From: Caldisericia bacterium
GTDB lineage: Bacteria; Caldisericota; Caldisericia; JAAYUI01
Direction: 5' to 3'
Length of the DNA: 63,233 nucleotides
NCBI GenBank assembly: GCA_017992555.1
Contig: JAGOOK010000004.1
Coordinates: 1 to 63,233 of the forward strand
Below, in pieces: positions 40,559-51,317 of the stretch. Under the pieces are notes generated by a model. That model worked only from the letters and a program-made list of their open reading frames with translations, had not been told where the DNA came from and searched no databases. Every line of letters starts with the position of its first letter. The stretch's first letter is position 1. The position numbers and the translations under genes were made by a program.

Positions 40559-42256
40559 TTAAATCTCCCACATGGGTATCCTGACGCCTTTTTTCTTTGC
40601 GACCTCGATTGCTTCTTCGTACCCGGCATCAACATACCTGATGACACCCATCCCAGGATCAGCAGTCAAAACTCTGTTCAATCTCTTTGCGGCGGCATCA
40701 GTTCCATCAGCGACAGTCACCTGCCCGGCATGGACAGAGAAACCTATACCAACACCGCCACCGCCATGAACAGAGACCCATGAGGCACCGCAGGACGTGC
40801 TTGTCAATGCGTTGAGGATTGCCCAGTCGGCGACTGCATCGCTGCCATCCTTCATTCCCTCAGTTTCTCTGTTCGGAGAGGCTACCGAGCCACAATCCAG
40901 ATGATCCCTTCCAAAAACTATCGGGGCCGAGATGATGCCTTTTTTAACCATCTCGTTGACTGCAACACCAAACCTGTTTCTTTCCCCATATCCAAGCCAG
41001 CATATTCTTGAAGGGAGACCGGGGATGTTTTTGAAATTGAGTTTTTCCCTAACCATTTTTATCCATCTGACAAGTGACTTGTCATCTTTGTACATATCAA
41101 GAACGAGCTCATCCGTCCTGTAGATGTCTTCCGGATCTCCTGAAAGCGCGGCCCATCTGAACGGGCCCTTGCCTTCACAAAATAACGGCCCGATGTAGGC
41201 TGGGACAAAACCTTTAAAAGAAAAAGCTTTTTCGTAAGCAAGACCAGCTTTTACAGCCTGCTGTCTTATGTTGTTTCCATAATCGAAAGTTATCGATCCC
41301 ATTTTCATGAGATCGATCATTGCTTCGACATGCTTTCTGGCGGTCTGATAGGAAAGCTCAAGATACTTCTTTGGATCAGAAGCCCTCAATTTTAATGCCT
41401 CGCTGTAAGGCATGCCATTCGGGACATACCCTCCAAGCATGTCATGCGCAGAGGTCTGGTCTGTAAGCACTTCTGGGATAAAATTTCTCTTGACAAACTC
41501 AGGCAGGACATCGGCACAGTTTGCAACAAGACCAATGGAAACAGCCTTTCCTTCTTCCTTTGCCCTTTTGGCCATTGCAATGGCTTCATCAAGACTGTGG
41601 GTCTTGCAGTCAAGATAGCCTTCGCTGATGCGCTGGTCTATCATCCCCTCGTCAACATCAACAATGAGGCAGACGCCCTCGTTCATAGTAACAGCAAGCG
41701 GCTGGGCGCCACCCATTTGTCCACATCCGCCAGTCACCGTTATTGTGCCTTTGAGTGTTCCACCAAAATGCTTCTCGGCAACAGCGGCAAGGGTGTTGTA
41801 TGTGCCCTGCAATATTCCCTGAGTACCTATGTAAATCCACGAGCCTGCGGTCATCTGGCCATACATCATCAGGCCTTTTCTTTCAAGCTCGTCAAATTTT
41901 TCCTGTGTGCTCCAGAAAGGAACGATCATCGAATTGGAGATGAGGACTCTCGGTGCATCCTCATGTGTTTTGAATATGCCAACCGGCTTTCCGGACTGGA
42001 CAAGCAATGTTTCATCATTTTCAAGGCGCATGAGGGCCTTTATGATTGCGTCGTAGGCCTGCCAGCCCCTTGCTGCCCTTCCAGTTCCACCGTAGACAAT
42101 GAGCTCTCTCCACTTTGTGGTCTGTTCCAGGTTGTTCTGGAGCATCCTCAATGCTGCTTCCTGGATCCAGCCCTTACATACAAGCTCTTTTCCCCTTCTT
42201 GCCTTTATTTGTTCGGTGGGTGCATCTTTTTCGTAAGAAATATTGTATTGCGGCAT
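40559..42256 (-). CDS. hutU: Urocanate hydratase (start ATG 42256 after SD AAGGTGA; ORF track 42280)
   Basis: [65 protein letters not shown]. Confidence 0.98.
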   Translation of the reverse strand: MPQYNISYEKDAPTEQIKARRGKELVCKGWIQEAALRMLQNNLEQTTKWRELIVYGGTGRAARGWQAYDAIIKALMRLENDETLLVQSGKPVGIFKTHEDAPRVLISNSMIVPFWSTQEKFDELERKGLMMYGQMTAGSWIYIGTQGILQGTYNTLAAVAEKHFGGTLKGTITVTGGCGQMGGAQPLAVTMNEGVCLIVDVDEGMIDQRISEGYLDCKTHSLDEAIAMAKRAKEEGKAVSIGLVANCADVLPEFVKRNFIPEVLTDQTSAHDMLGGYVPNGMPYSEALKLRASDPKKYLELSYQTARKHVEAMIDLMKMGSITFDYGNNIRQQAVKAGLAYEKAFSFKGFVPAYIGPLFCEGKGPFRWAALSGDPEDIYRTDELVLDMYKDDKSLVRWIKMVREKLNFKNIPGLPSRICWLGYGERNRFGVAVNEMVKKGIISAPIVFGRDHLDCGSVASPNRETEGMKDGSDAVADWAILNALTSTSCGASWVSVHGGGGVGIGFSVHAGQVTVADGTDAAAKRLNRVLTADPGMGVIRYVDAGYEEAIEVAKKKGVRIPMWEI

Positions 42257-42258
42257 TA

Positions 42259-43578
42259 TTAAATCACCTTCTTCTTGCATACATAAGCAAAATCGCTTTG
42301 AGTGAATTCAATTTTTGTGTTACCAAGGACAATGGTGTCACCATTTTTCAGCAATACCGAGCCATTGATTTTTTTGTCATTTACAAAAGTTCCGGAATCG
42401 GATTTCAAGTCGATAATAACAAAACCATCTCCAGTTTCACTTATTCTGGCATGTTCAGATGAGACAGTCTCATCATCAATCATGAAGTCGGCGTCTTTTT
42501 TTGTTCCAAGTACAACGGAGCTGGTTCTGATCCTGTAATGCTCTGTGTCCGAACCATAGAGGTTTATCCATGCTATGTAGTGGACTTCACCTTCCTTGCG
42601 CTTCTTGACAACCTTTTCCCCGGGTTTGACTTTGTGTCTCAGCGCCCACATCAAAACAAAAACCAGCGCAAAAACAAGCAGGATACCAAGCAAGACCCAC
42701 ACCCAGAGGAGATTGACAGAACCCTTTATTTCAACCTGTTTTTTCTGTTCAAGAACATCTGGGCCGACAATACATTTAAGGGTTAAATCAACCATCGAGC
42801 CCGGTTTTGCTTCCGGCAGACTCCTGAAAGTTACAAGGTATGAATTTCCGAGGTCACCCCTGATCTGTCCAATAAAAGGAACTATTTTTACTGTATCAAA
42901 ATCCGGGAGAAAGAGACCGTTTGTCTGCTGGGCGAGGTTTCTCAGATAAACAATGTCGATTCCACCGGCGGGAGCAACAGTCACAACTGGAAAATCCGGC
43001 TTTGTTGGCTTGTTGATGCTTTCAATGTCATTCCCGTCAGATATCAGGAAGATTATTCCCTTCTCCGAGTCGGGTCTTGAGTGCAACAGGTCATTGCATT
43101 CAATTATTGCATCATTGATCCTGCTTATCTGCCCCTGGGCCTTTAATTTGCCCATCTGCAAAGCGGCCTCTGCCGGATTACTGGAGAATTTTATGAGAGG
43201 TTCAATGTTTTCTGCAAAAGCCACAAGTGAAAAGGTATCATTTTTCGTGAACAGACCAGCTATTTTTGATAGCTGGGTCTGCATGGCTGGGAAGTTGTAA
43301 TCAAGAGAGCCCGAAATATCAACACAGAACATGACATTTATTCTTGGCCCTTCAGATTCAAAAGCTCTGGTTTCCGAAGACGAATAAACCTGGTTGTCAT
43401 ACTGGAGGCTGAATGCCGGTTGCTGCTGGTTCAGATTGAAAATTGTGCATTTGACATCAACAGTGGGCCATGAGGATGTATCAACCGAGTCAATAACAAG
43501 GCTGGGTTTGGCAAGGGCGGAAGGAATAGTGGCAAGAAGTGCCACAAATAGGCAAACCGCCAAAAATTTTTTCATCAA
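42259..43578 (-). CDS. Membrane-anchored VWA + FHA domain protein
   Basis: Signal peptide; MIDAS DISGS and LISDG; [26 protein letters not shown]; [11 protein letters not shown]...[11 protein letters not shown]. Confidence 0.85.
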   Translation of the reverse strand: MMKKFLAVCLFVALLATIPSALAKPSLVIDSVDTSSWPTVDVKCTIFNLNQQQPAFSLQYDNQVYSSSETRAFESEGPRINVMFCVDISGSLDYNFPAMQTQLSKIAGLFTKNDTFSLVAFAENIEPLIKFSSNPAEAALQMGKLKAQGQISRINDAIIECNDLLHSRPDSEKGIIFLISDGNDIESINKPTKPDFPVVTVAPAGGIDIVYLRNLAQQTNGLFLPDFDTVKIVPFIGQIRGDLGNSYLVTFRSLPEAKPGSMVDLTLKCIVGPDVLEQKKQVEIKGSVNLLWVWVLLGILLVFALVFVLMWALRHKVKPGEKVVKKRKEGEVHYIAWINLYGSDTEHYRIRTSSVVLGTKKDADFMIDDETVSSEHARISETGDGFVIIDLKSDSGTFVNDKKINGSVLLKNGDTIVLGNTKIEFTQSDFAYVCKKKVI

Positions 43579-44774
43579 TCCCTCCTGACCAGCCTCACAT
43601 ATCTTCTCTTGCCAACTTTTATCAGAACGGGTTTTTTGGGTTCATGTATCTCTTTTGTAGGATCATCTATCAACTCTTCGTCAATCTTCACTGCGTTTGA
43701 CTGCACCAACCTTCTGGCTTCAGAGGTTGAGGGAACTAGCTCAAGCTTTGTCAAAAGCTTTGCAATCTGTATCGGGTAATCCTCATGCTCCAGTGCTACA
43801 TCTGGGATGTCGGAAGGCAGGGAGTGCTCCGAGAAGACCCTCAAGAACTCTTCCCTGCAAGATTTTCCAGCACCCTCACCATGCCAGATGTCAACGACTT
43901 TTTCAGCCATCATCAGTTTTATGTCTCTGGGATTGACAATGCCACCTTCAAAATCCTTTGTTGCCTGTTCTATTGTGGATGGATCAGCAAATGCAGCATA
44001 CTGGAGATAATTAACAATAAGGCTGTCCGGGATACTCATCAGCTTGCCGAACATGTTCGTGGGTTCGTCAAGCAGATCAACAGTGTTTCCGATGGATTTA
44101 CTCATCTTTATTACCCCATCGGTGCCAGGCAGTATTGGCATGGTCATCATGACCTGGGGTTCCATGCCCATTTCTTTCTGGAGCTCTCTTGCGGCAAGGA
44201 AGTTAAACTTTTGGTCTGTGCCACCAATTTCCACATCTGCCTTGATCGCCACAGAATCAAATGCTTGAAAGACTACATAAAGCAGCTCGTGGAGGTATAT
44301 CGGCGCCTCAGCCTTCATTCTCTTTGTAAAATCGTCACGTTCCAGGACCCTGGCAACAGTGAATTTTGCAAGGAGCTTTACTATGTCTCTTCCTTCAAGT
44401 TTGCTAAGCCATTCGGAGTTGAACCTGACCATTCCACTCTGTGGCTCAAGAACTCTGATCACTTGATCAATATATGTCCTAGCGCTATCCTTTATCTGTT
44501 CCTCGGAAAGCGGCTTCCTGGTTTCTTTGCGACCGGATGGGTCACCAATCATTGCTGTGTAATCACCAATGACAAAAATGACTTTGTGTCCCATGTCCTG
44601 GAACTGACGAAGTTTTTTTAGCACTACAGCATGCCCAAGATGGAGATGTGGCGCAGTTGGATCAGCTCCAAGCTTGATTATGAGGGGCCTGCCAAGCTTA
44701 AGTTTTTGTTCAAGGCCGTCTTCGGGAATAATCTCGGCACAACCATATTTCAACAACTCGAGTTCTCTAGTCAT
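43575..44774 (-). CDS. tyrS: Tyrosine-tRNA ligase
   Basis: GADPTAPHLHLGH, GGTDQKFN, KMSKS, C-terminal S4 domain. Confidence 0.98.
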   Translation of the reverse strand: MTRELELLKYGCAEIIPEDGLEQKLKLGRPLIIKLGADPTAPHLHLGHAVVLKKLRQFQDMGHKVIFVIGDYTAMIGDPSGRKETRKPLSEEQIKDSARTYIDQVIRVLEPQSGMVRFNSEWLSKLEGRDIVKLLAKFTVARVLERDDFTKRMKAEAPIYLHELLYVVFQAFDSVAIKADVEIGGTDQKFNFLAARELQKEMGMEPQVMMTMPILPGTDGVIKMSKSIGNTVDLLDEPTNMFGKLMSIPDSLIVNYLQYAAFADPSTIEQATKDFEGGIVNPRDIKLMMAEKVVDIWHGEGAGKSCREEFLRVFSEHSLPSDIPDVALEHEDYPIQIAKLLTKLELVPSTSEARRLVQSNAVKIDEELIDDPTKEIHEPKKPVLIKVGKRRYVRLVRRD

Positions 44775-45405
44775 AGTTCACCCATGTATATGAGAATGTG
44801 GCGATGCCGATCAGGTAGAGAAACAATGATCCAGACACCGCAGGGTTCCCAGCACCAAAAAGAAGCATGAGGGAACCTAAAACAATAAAAGAGAAAGAAA
44901 CTGAGCTATAAGCCTCATACAATTTGACTCTTGAGTTTATAAAACCAAGAAAAAAAGAGAGGAAAATCCCTATCGAGGCAAATGAATTTAAAATTAGAAA
45001 AACATTGTTTATCAAACTGTTGTCAACCACAGCATTAGTTGATGAGGCGGCAAGGAAGATCATCCCAGATAAAAACGGTATTGCAGAAATAACAACTGAT
45101 GTGGCTCTTTTTGAGAAAGAAGGGCTGGAGTTGTCAAATGCCATCGCATGGATAATACCAACGCTGAAGCTGGTAAAAGCTACAAAACCTACAACCATAT
45201 AAGCATGGTGCTTTGTGATTGCCCAAAGCAGGAACATGACAGAGCCAAACAGCAAATCACAAAAGACAAGGAACCATGCAAAAATGGCAAAATCATTCCT
45301 CCTGTAGAGATACTTTCTGAGGCAATCCTGGGCAAGGAAGGCGGCAAAAATTGAGGTCACCGCAGAACATATCGCTGTCAGGAGGGTATATGAGAGCTGG
45401 TTCAT
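44767..45405 (-). CDS. Hypothetical polytopic membrane protein (~6-7 TMs)
   Basis: Alternating hydrophobic segments; overlaps both neighbours. Confidence 0.65.
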   Translation of the reverse strand: MNQLSYTLLTAICSAVTSIFAAFLAQDCLRKYLYRRNDFAIFAWFLVFCDLLFGSVMFLLWAITKHHAYMVVGFVAFTSFSVGIIHAMAFDNSSPSFSKRATSVVISAIPFLSGMIFLAASSTNAVVDNSLINNVFLILNSFASIGIFLSFFLGFINSRVKLYEAYSSVSFSFIVLGSLMLLFGAGNPAVSGSLFLYLIGIATFSYTWVNYD

Positions 45406-46235
45406 TTTGAATCACCGATTGATGCCTTTTCCAGTGGAATATTATTTCCCTTGGCATCAACCAGCGATATCAGTCCCTGTCTATAGAGTTGCGTTATAAC
45501 GATAGAAATGCGCTTTTGATCAAGATGGAGTCTCGCAGTGATTCTTTCAAGCGTATTGTGGCCATCGATTTGCTGGTACACAAGGTCCTGCATGGCGGTC
45601 TCTACGCCAACTTTTGGCGAAGTTATCCTGTTTTTTGGTACAAAAAGCGATTGCCCCCTATGAGGTTGCGGAATTAGTGTCAAATCGATTAGCTTATACT
45701 TCAGTGAAGTAATTATCCCTGCCGATTTCAATGCAAACAGTATCCTGTATGTCGAGAGGTAACCAAGACCAGATTTTTCTGCAATCTGCCTGGCATTGAG
45801 CTTTCCATCAACGAGCCTGAGGGTTTTCCAGTCGTCAGGCTTCATGGTAAAATCGGATGAGGCCTCTTGTATATTGTCCTGTGCTTCAAAAACTTCATCT
45901 TCAAAAAAGCCTTGCGATTTTATTACTTTCCATTCTTCAAGGAGTCTTGAGCCCTGGATGAGAAGGGAGTCTATTGGCTCATAGATCGTTCTGAGATCTA
46001 TCCTTCCACGCTCATCGAACATAAATTCTCCCTCTTCCCATATCAAAAGCTCAAAAAACGCCGCACTGCCAGTCAGCTTTGCAATGGAGCAATGATAAAG
46101 CCTGCCAGCCTGGAAATAGCATTTAGCCTGCCTTTCTCCATCATCAATCCTCAGGGCACCAGATTTGCCCTCCATGGTGATCAGCTGGAGCAGCGAGTTC
46201 AATTTGAAACTTTTTATATCTCCGACAAGCGCCAT
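45402..46235 (-). CDS. DUF4388 (PatA_N-like) domain protein with HTH-like segments
   Basis: GDIKSFKLNSLLQLITMEGKSGALRI...FQAGRL...LLIWEEGEFMF; IDGHNTLERITARL wHTH-like motif. Confidence 0.75.
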   Translation of the reverse strand: MALVGDIKSFKLNSLLQLITMEGKSGALRIDDGERQAKCYFQAGRLYHCSIAKLTGSAAFFELLIWEEGEFMFDERGRIDLRTIYEPIDSLLIQGSRLLEEWKVIKSQGFFEDEVFEAQDNIQEASSDFTMKPDDWKTLRLVDGKLNARQIAEKSGLGYLSTYRILFALKSAGIITSLKYKLIDLTLIPQPHRGQSLFVPKNRITSPKVGVETAMQDLVYQQIDGHNTLERITARLHLDQKRISIVITQLYRQGLISLVDAKGNNIPLEKASIGDSK

Positions 46236-46359
46236 AGGCCCTCCAAAGTCGAATTATTCAAGTCAAGTTTAATATAGGAGTTGGTTTTGTCAACTTGGCC
46301 AGTGGCAAAAAACATTTATAGACAAAGATTGGCACTTTGTTACAATCACCCAAGGATCA

Positions 46360-47508
46360 ATGCAAAAACCAAACTTGCAAGTTCTAGGGCTTTCTTTTTC
46401 GATTGTAATTGCCGCAATGGGCTTTCAGGTTGCGCCCTCTACGGTTATGGGAATTATAAGGGAGCTTAACCTCCTCAACTTCACACAGGCCATGTTGTTG
46501 GCAAATGCACCGGCTTTTATGAGCCTGTTTATAATGCTGCCCGTTGGAAGATTTTTAAATACAAGAAACCCTATCAGATGGTCTCTTTCAGTCAGTATAT
46601 TGCTTGCATTGGTCTCAGCATTGCTCCTTTTCATGGCAAGCTATCCATTCATGCTGTCCTTCAGGTTTCTAGGCGGGCTGGCAACAGCACCGGCATATAT
46701 TATTGGATCACAGCTTCCACTGGTTGCTTTCCAGCCAGAGTACAGAAACAGGTTTTCAGCCATCCAGACACTTGCTGCACCGATTGGGACAATACTCGCC
46801 ACTCAAACTGGCGGGCTGATAGCTTCCAGGTTTGGACATACACTTGTCTACATTGTCCCGTTGCTTTTTAGTTTCATTGCCATCATTTTTGCCATTAAAC
46901 TATGGAGTGCAAAGCTTCCAGAGATAGAAAGACCCGCGCAAAAAAACCCTTTTTTGCCCTCAGTAAAAACCATGCTGATGGCAATAGTTTGGGCGCTTTT
47001 TTCTGGTGCCACAGCAGGTGCTTTTATAAATACATCTACTGAAATCGGGATTTTTGAGGGACTTGCAAGACCAGTTGCATCTCTTGGGCCATTGTTTCTG
47101 ATGGTTCCATCTTTTTTCATAAGCCCTTGGGTGGGTTCAATGCTGGACAAAAAAACAAGGAGAGGAAATATGCTTATTGTTGCAGGATTGGCAATGACAT
47201 TATCCATCCTGATATTGCCAATAGGAAAACCACTCTGGTTTGTTGGCTCAATTCTGCTTGGTTTGTCAGCATCACTTATTCCGCCAGTGGTTTTTTCTTC
47301 GCCAGGAAAATTCGAGCCCAGACACAACATGGCATACTCACTTTCAATAATAAATCTTTTTGGGACAATAGGCCTCATAGCATCAACACCCCTTGTTGGA
47401 ACAATAAGGGATGCAACACAAAGTTGGCCAGCCACAATGATTGCAGTTTCAGTCTTTTGTTTTGCAATATCACTTACAGGTCTGGCTTTTGCAAAGGAGC
47501 ATGAATGA
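46360..47508 (+). CDS. MFS transporter
   Basis: ~12 hydrophobic helices, LSFRFLGGLA, VGSMLDKKTRRG loop. Confidence 0.85.
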   Translation: MQKPNLQVLGLSFSIVIAAMGFQVAPSTVMGIIRELNLLNFTQAMLLANAPAFMSLFIMLPVGRFLNTRNPIRWSLSVSILLALVSALLLFMASYPFMLSFRFLGGLATAPAYIIGSQLPLVAFQPEYRNRFSAIQTLAAPIGTILATQTGGLIASRFGHTLVYIVPLLFSFIAIIFAIKLWSAKLPEIERPAQKNPFLPSVKTMLMAIVWALFSGATAGAFINTSTEIGIFEGLARPVASLGPLFLMVPSFFISPWVGSMLDKKTRRGNMLIVAGLAMTLSILILPIGKPLWFVGSILLGLSASLIPPVVFSSPGKFEPRHNMAYSLSIINLFGTIGLIASTPLVGTIRDATQSWPATMIAVSVFCFAISLTGLAFAKEHE

Positions 47509-50500
47509 TGAGAAAAACAATTGTGATTTTGATAGCTGTTTTATTTGTCCTGCAGCCCCTCCCAAAAAACAGCAGTGCGCAAGAGGGCTGGTACCAGAAA
47601 GATGTTGAGATCGAGATACCACCGCAATCCGAAGTCTCAATCGACATAAAAGACGGACTTCCTGTTGTTAATGGAAAAAACAACAAATGGGCTGAGCTGA
47701 GGTGCCCGGAATGGGTCAGGGACGATCTGACGCTTGCCTTCGAGAAGCTTTCAAAAACATCGACAAGACTTTCTCCATCCACATTTGTACAGGCAGCAGC
47801 ACTCCTGCCAGACAAAATCGAGGTACTTGTCATCTCGTCATCTGGCAGAAAACCAGAGGTCGTAAGGGTGGGTGATTTTGAAAAAATGCCAATTCTGCCA
47901 GATTCAATCGATAGTAGCGCCAGGCTTGCGGTTGCAGATGTTGACGGTGATGGAAATTCCGACCTTGTAGTATGCCCCCAAAATGGTGGATGGTACTATT
48001 TTAAAGGCCCAAGCTTTTCTGTGCCTGCGCAATCAGAACAAACAAGCAACAGGGAATGGCTCGCCCCGATGACAACACCATCTGTACCAGACAAGGTGGT
48101 TTTTGCAAAAAACACCGACACATCAAAGGGAATGATCTATTACGACGGAACAGAGATAAAAAAACTGGACCAGACAAACTTTGCGACGATGCTCCCCAAT
48201 ACTTTTGCAACGCTGTGCTCAAAGGGCATGATCTATGTTGACCAGTTTGGGGTCATCCGCCTTGTTGAGTCAAAAAACGGTATACCTTCAGGGCACTCAT
48301 CATCAACCGATACAATAATGCCGTCATTTGATGACGAAGTGAGGCTGGCCATTTCAGATAATCTCCTCGTTGCAGGCAACAATGATGGTGTCCTCCTTTC
48401 AATGGAAAGGAACGGAACAGACTTTACCTTCCAGAAAAAAGAGCTTGGCACAAAGCTTGCCTTTGGAAGGGACCTCAGCCCCTGCCTTGCTGATATGAGT
48501 GGCGACGGAAAGGTGGACCTGGTCTGGAGAGACAGCACAGGCATATATGTTTCAAACGGGCCAGATTTCACCAAGAAAACAAAACTTTCTGTCACATCCA
48601 CCGGGCCAATTGCCGTTGGTGATCTGAATGGCGACAAGAAACCGGACATTGTCACCACAGAGAAATCATCCATTAAAATATTGATCGGTCCAAGTTTTAA
48701 TCCGCTTGGCAACCAGCCAAATGCTGAATGTGGCGAGTATGTCTCACCTTCGATCGGCGACCTTGATGCCGATGGCAAAGCAGATATTGTCCTTGGCAAC
48801 GAAAAAGGCCTGCTTTGTTTCCTCAAGGGCCCTGATTTCAAGAAAACCTCCCTTACCGATGGCATCGATGTTGGCGATTATTCAAACCCCTGCATTGCTG
48901 ACGTTGATCAGGACAGCAAGGTCGAGCTGGCAATCGCAAACGTCGATGGAAGGGTGATCGTCTACAAATACAACGCCGGGGAGCTCCAGGAATTCAGGTC
49001 CTGGTCATTCATCCCAACACCACCTTTCATGGCAAGGGCAGACTACTTCACAAAATATTACAGGGAATCTTCAATACTGCCCTGGGACGATGACAAACAG
49101 GCCATTGAGACATACAGGAAACTGCTTCAGGATTGCCCTGAAAAATATCTCGATGAAGTTGCATTCTCCATTGCAAACACAAACCCAGAGACCTTGAGGC
49201 TTGTTGCCAGAATGGGACAGCAGAGCATTTTCCTGAGAAACGCAGTTTCAATATACGAGGCAGACAAGAAGCTCGGATACGTCGAAATCGTTGAAAAGGG
49301 CGACTGGACAACATGCGCCTACCAGACATCCGAGGGAAGAGTTGAACTTTCAAAGAGCGATTACTACTGGTTTGTTGTCCATCCACGCGTGTACTACGAA
49401 ATGCCAATTGCCGTCAATGCGTCATGGTGGGAAAAGGGGCCTGACGACTACGGGATGACAAAAGAGGCATGGTGGCAGCACCAGGAAAACATATTCGAAG
49501 GGAATGGCGTTTTCTGGAGAGAGGGCATGGCCACAGACACAAAGTCATATGGCGATTCCATGATAAACACCGCATCAAAAGGAAAAACGCTTGAAGAGGC
49601 CATTACAAACCTCCACATTCTCGTTAATCCAGGCAGAAAAGACTCCATAAATACTTTCGGCTACCTAACGCAAGACCTCTACCCATGGCACATATTCAGG
49701 AAACGCTATGGTTCATGCGGAGAGCAATCGATCGTGTTCTGCGCAATTGCCAGGACAGCACTCATTCCATGCTATGTTGTTGCTGACAGGGGTGAAGACC
49801 ACCAATGGAACGAAGTCTGGCTCCCACAAGGGTGGACACACCTTGAGCCAAGCGCTGGCGACACCAACTTCTTGGACGAACCATGGGGTTCCTCCGAGGG
49901 GTTCGACCACAAGGCAAAAACCACATCGACAGTAATGGGCTGGCGTGGCGATGATTCATATTTCGATGTCACAACCACGGTACACAACCAGAAAGACAAA
50001 AAGTACAACCAGAAAGGCTCTGGTTACACTGACACGGCAAAGGTCGTATTCACAGTTACCGACGCCGACAATCAGCTGGTCGAGGGTGCAATGATTGTCG
50101 CCAGGTCAGGCTGGCAGGCAAGAAACATGATATCGTTCTGGAGATACACAAACGCTGAGGGAAAATGCACATTTGATCTTGGCTACGAGCCTTATTACAT
50201 CATTGACTGCGTAACAAAATATGGTTTTACAGGACTTTCACGCTTCGTGGTCAATGAAGGCTCCTCCTATAATGTAAAACTCTCTGTTCCAGGGCACATT
50301 GAAAAACAAAGCCAAACTCCAGAAGTATTCTCATCAAAAGAAACCAGCGTAAAACTGGAAGTGCTGGAAAATTCAGACGAATTGAGGCCACCAAATTTCA
50401 TAAGCGGTGGAGGATACACTCCCGGGAGTTACACTTTTGAAAAGTACAGCTATATGGGCACATTCTTCTCGAAAGTCAAAGTCGAAGCGACTCCAATAAA

Positions 50501-51272
50501 GGTTTCCACAAGTGGCAAAAACTACATCATGGGCAACACGGCATTTGCCGACCCGCAAAAACCTATGAAGCTGGTTAATGATTCGGACAAAACCTGGAAA
50601 AAGATCAAAATCCGCTTCATTTTCTCCGCAAAAGAGTTCAAGCTGGACATCAAAACGCCAGAGAAAGGGATAAAAGTAAACAGCGGAAGCCCGTTCAAGC
50701 TTGAAGCAAAAATTGAAAACACAACACCAGTTGTTGGCTTCTACTGGTCATGGGACAACAAAAACTGGAACAGACTGAACAGAGAAGGTGCAACAATCGA
50801 AACAGGACTTGGTGGTGCACCAAGTCCCGGCAAGAAAACAATAAACCTTAAGGCCGTGGCACTTTTCAAGGACACGACCCAGGAGGTAACAAAAACGTTC
50901 GAGGTTGAGCTTCTCCCAACAAATGAATTCAAAAACCAGCCCGTGTTCCAGGACCCACCAAACCAACTCGAAGGCTCTTCATGGAAGCTCCAGTCATTCA
51001 GGATTCCAAAGGGTGAGAGATACCTGATGATAAAAACAGACAGCCAGTCGCCAGGGCTTGATCTTGACGTGTTTCTTTACCTGGACAAGAATGGCGACGG
51101 CAAGCCGACAGAGGACGAGCAAATCGGTGTCTCAAATGGGCCAACCTGCCAGGAGAGAATCCTCATAAACAATCCAACCGAAGGCCCATACATACTTCTT
51201 TGCCAGGGATGCACATGTCCCACTGAAAATTCCACATTTGATGTAAAACTTTCCTGCGTCCCAATCTGGTAA
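47505..51272 (+). CDS. Large exported protein: FG-GAP/DxDxDG repeats + transglutaminase-like domain + C-terminal PPC-like domain
   Basis: Signal peptide; repeats ADVDGDGNSD, ADMSGDGKVD, GDLNGDKKPD, GDLDADGKAD, ADVDQDSKVE; YGSCGEQS / DHQWNEVW / WTHLEP; DLDVFLYLDKNGDG. Confidence 0.75.
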   Translation: MMRKTIVILIAVLFVLQPLPKNSSAQEGWYQKDVEIEIPPQSEVSIDIKDGLPVVNGKNNKWAELRCPEWVRDDLTLAFEKLSKTSTRLSPSTFVQAAALLPDKIEVLVISSSGRKPEVVRVGDFEKMPILPDSIDSSARLAVADVDGDGNSDLVVCPQNGGWYYFKGPSFSVPAQSEQTSNREWLAPMTTPSVPDKVVFAKNTDTSKGMIYYDGTEIKKLDQTNFATMLPNTFATLCSKGMIYVDQFGVIRLVESKNGIPSGHSSSTDTIMPSFDDEVRLAISDNLLVAGNNDGVLLSMERNGTDFTFQKKELGTKLAFGRDLSPCLADMSGDGKVDLVWRDSTGIYVSNGPDFTKKTKLSVTSTGPIAVGDLNGDKKPDIVTTEKSSIKILIGPSFNPLGNQPNAECGEYVSPSIGDLDADGKADIVLGNEKGLLCFLKGPDFKKTSLTDGIDVGDYSNPCIADVDQDSKVELAIANVDGRVIVYKYNAGELQEFRSWSFIPTPPFMARADYFTKYYRESSILPWDDDKQAIETYRKLLQDCPEKYLDEVAFSIANTNPETLRLVARMGQQSIFLRNAVSIYEADKKLGYVEIVEKGDWTTCAYQTSEGRVELSKSDYYWFVVHPRVYYEMPIAVNASWWEKGPDDYGMTKEAWWQHQENIFEGNGVFWREGMATDTKSYGDSMINTASKGKTLEEAITNLHILVNPGRKDSINTFGYLTQDLYPWHIFRKRYGSCGEQSIVFCAIARTALIPCYVVADRGEDHQWNEVWLPQGWTHLEPSAGDTNFLDEPWGSSEGFDHKAKTTSTVMGWRGDDSYFDVTTTVHNQKDKKYNQKGSGYTDTAKVVFTVTDADNQLVEGAMIVARSGWQARNMISFWRYTNAEGKCTFDLGYEPYYIIDCVTKYGFTGLSRFVVNEGSSYNVKLSVPGHIEKQSQTPEVFSSKETSVKLEVLENSDELRPPNFISGGGYTPGSYTFEKYSYMGTFFSKVKVEATPIKVSTSGKNYIMGNTAFADPQKPMKLVNDSDKTWKKIKIRFIFSAKEFKLDIKTPEKGIKVNSGSPFKLEAKIENTTPVVGFYWSWDNKNWNRLNREGATIETGLGGAPSPGKKTINLKAVALFKDTTQEVTKTFEVELLPTNEFKNQPVFQDPPNQLEGSSWKLQSFRIPKGERYLMIKTDSQSPGLDLDVFLYLDKNGDGKPTEDEQIGVSNGPTCQERILINNPTEGPYILLCQGCTCPTENSTFDVKLSCVPIW

Positions 51273-51278
51273 AACCGG

Positions 51279-51307
51279 TTGACAACAAGCGTGCCGGATT
51301 TTAACAT
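51279..51307 (+). promoter_or_regulatory. Promoter of tRNA-Arg(CCG)
   Basis: TTGACA-N17-TAACAT, 10 nt before the tRNA. Confidence 0.7.
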
Positions 51308-51317
51308 AGTCCGGCAC

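Noticed and set aside
41444-42262. 272-aa plus-strand ORF opposite hutU
   Set aside because: Antisense shadow; no SD or motifs
43785-44621. 278-aa plus-strand ORF opposite tyrS
   Set aside because: Antisense shadow of an essential conserved gene
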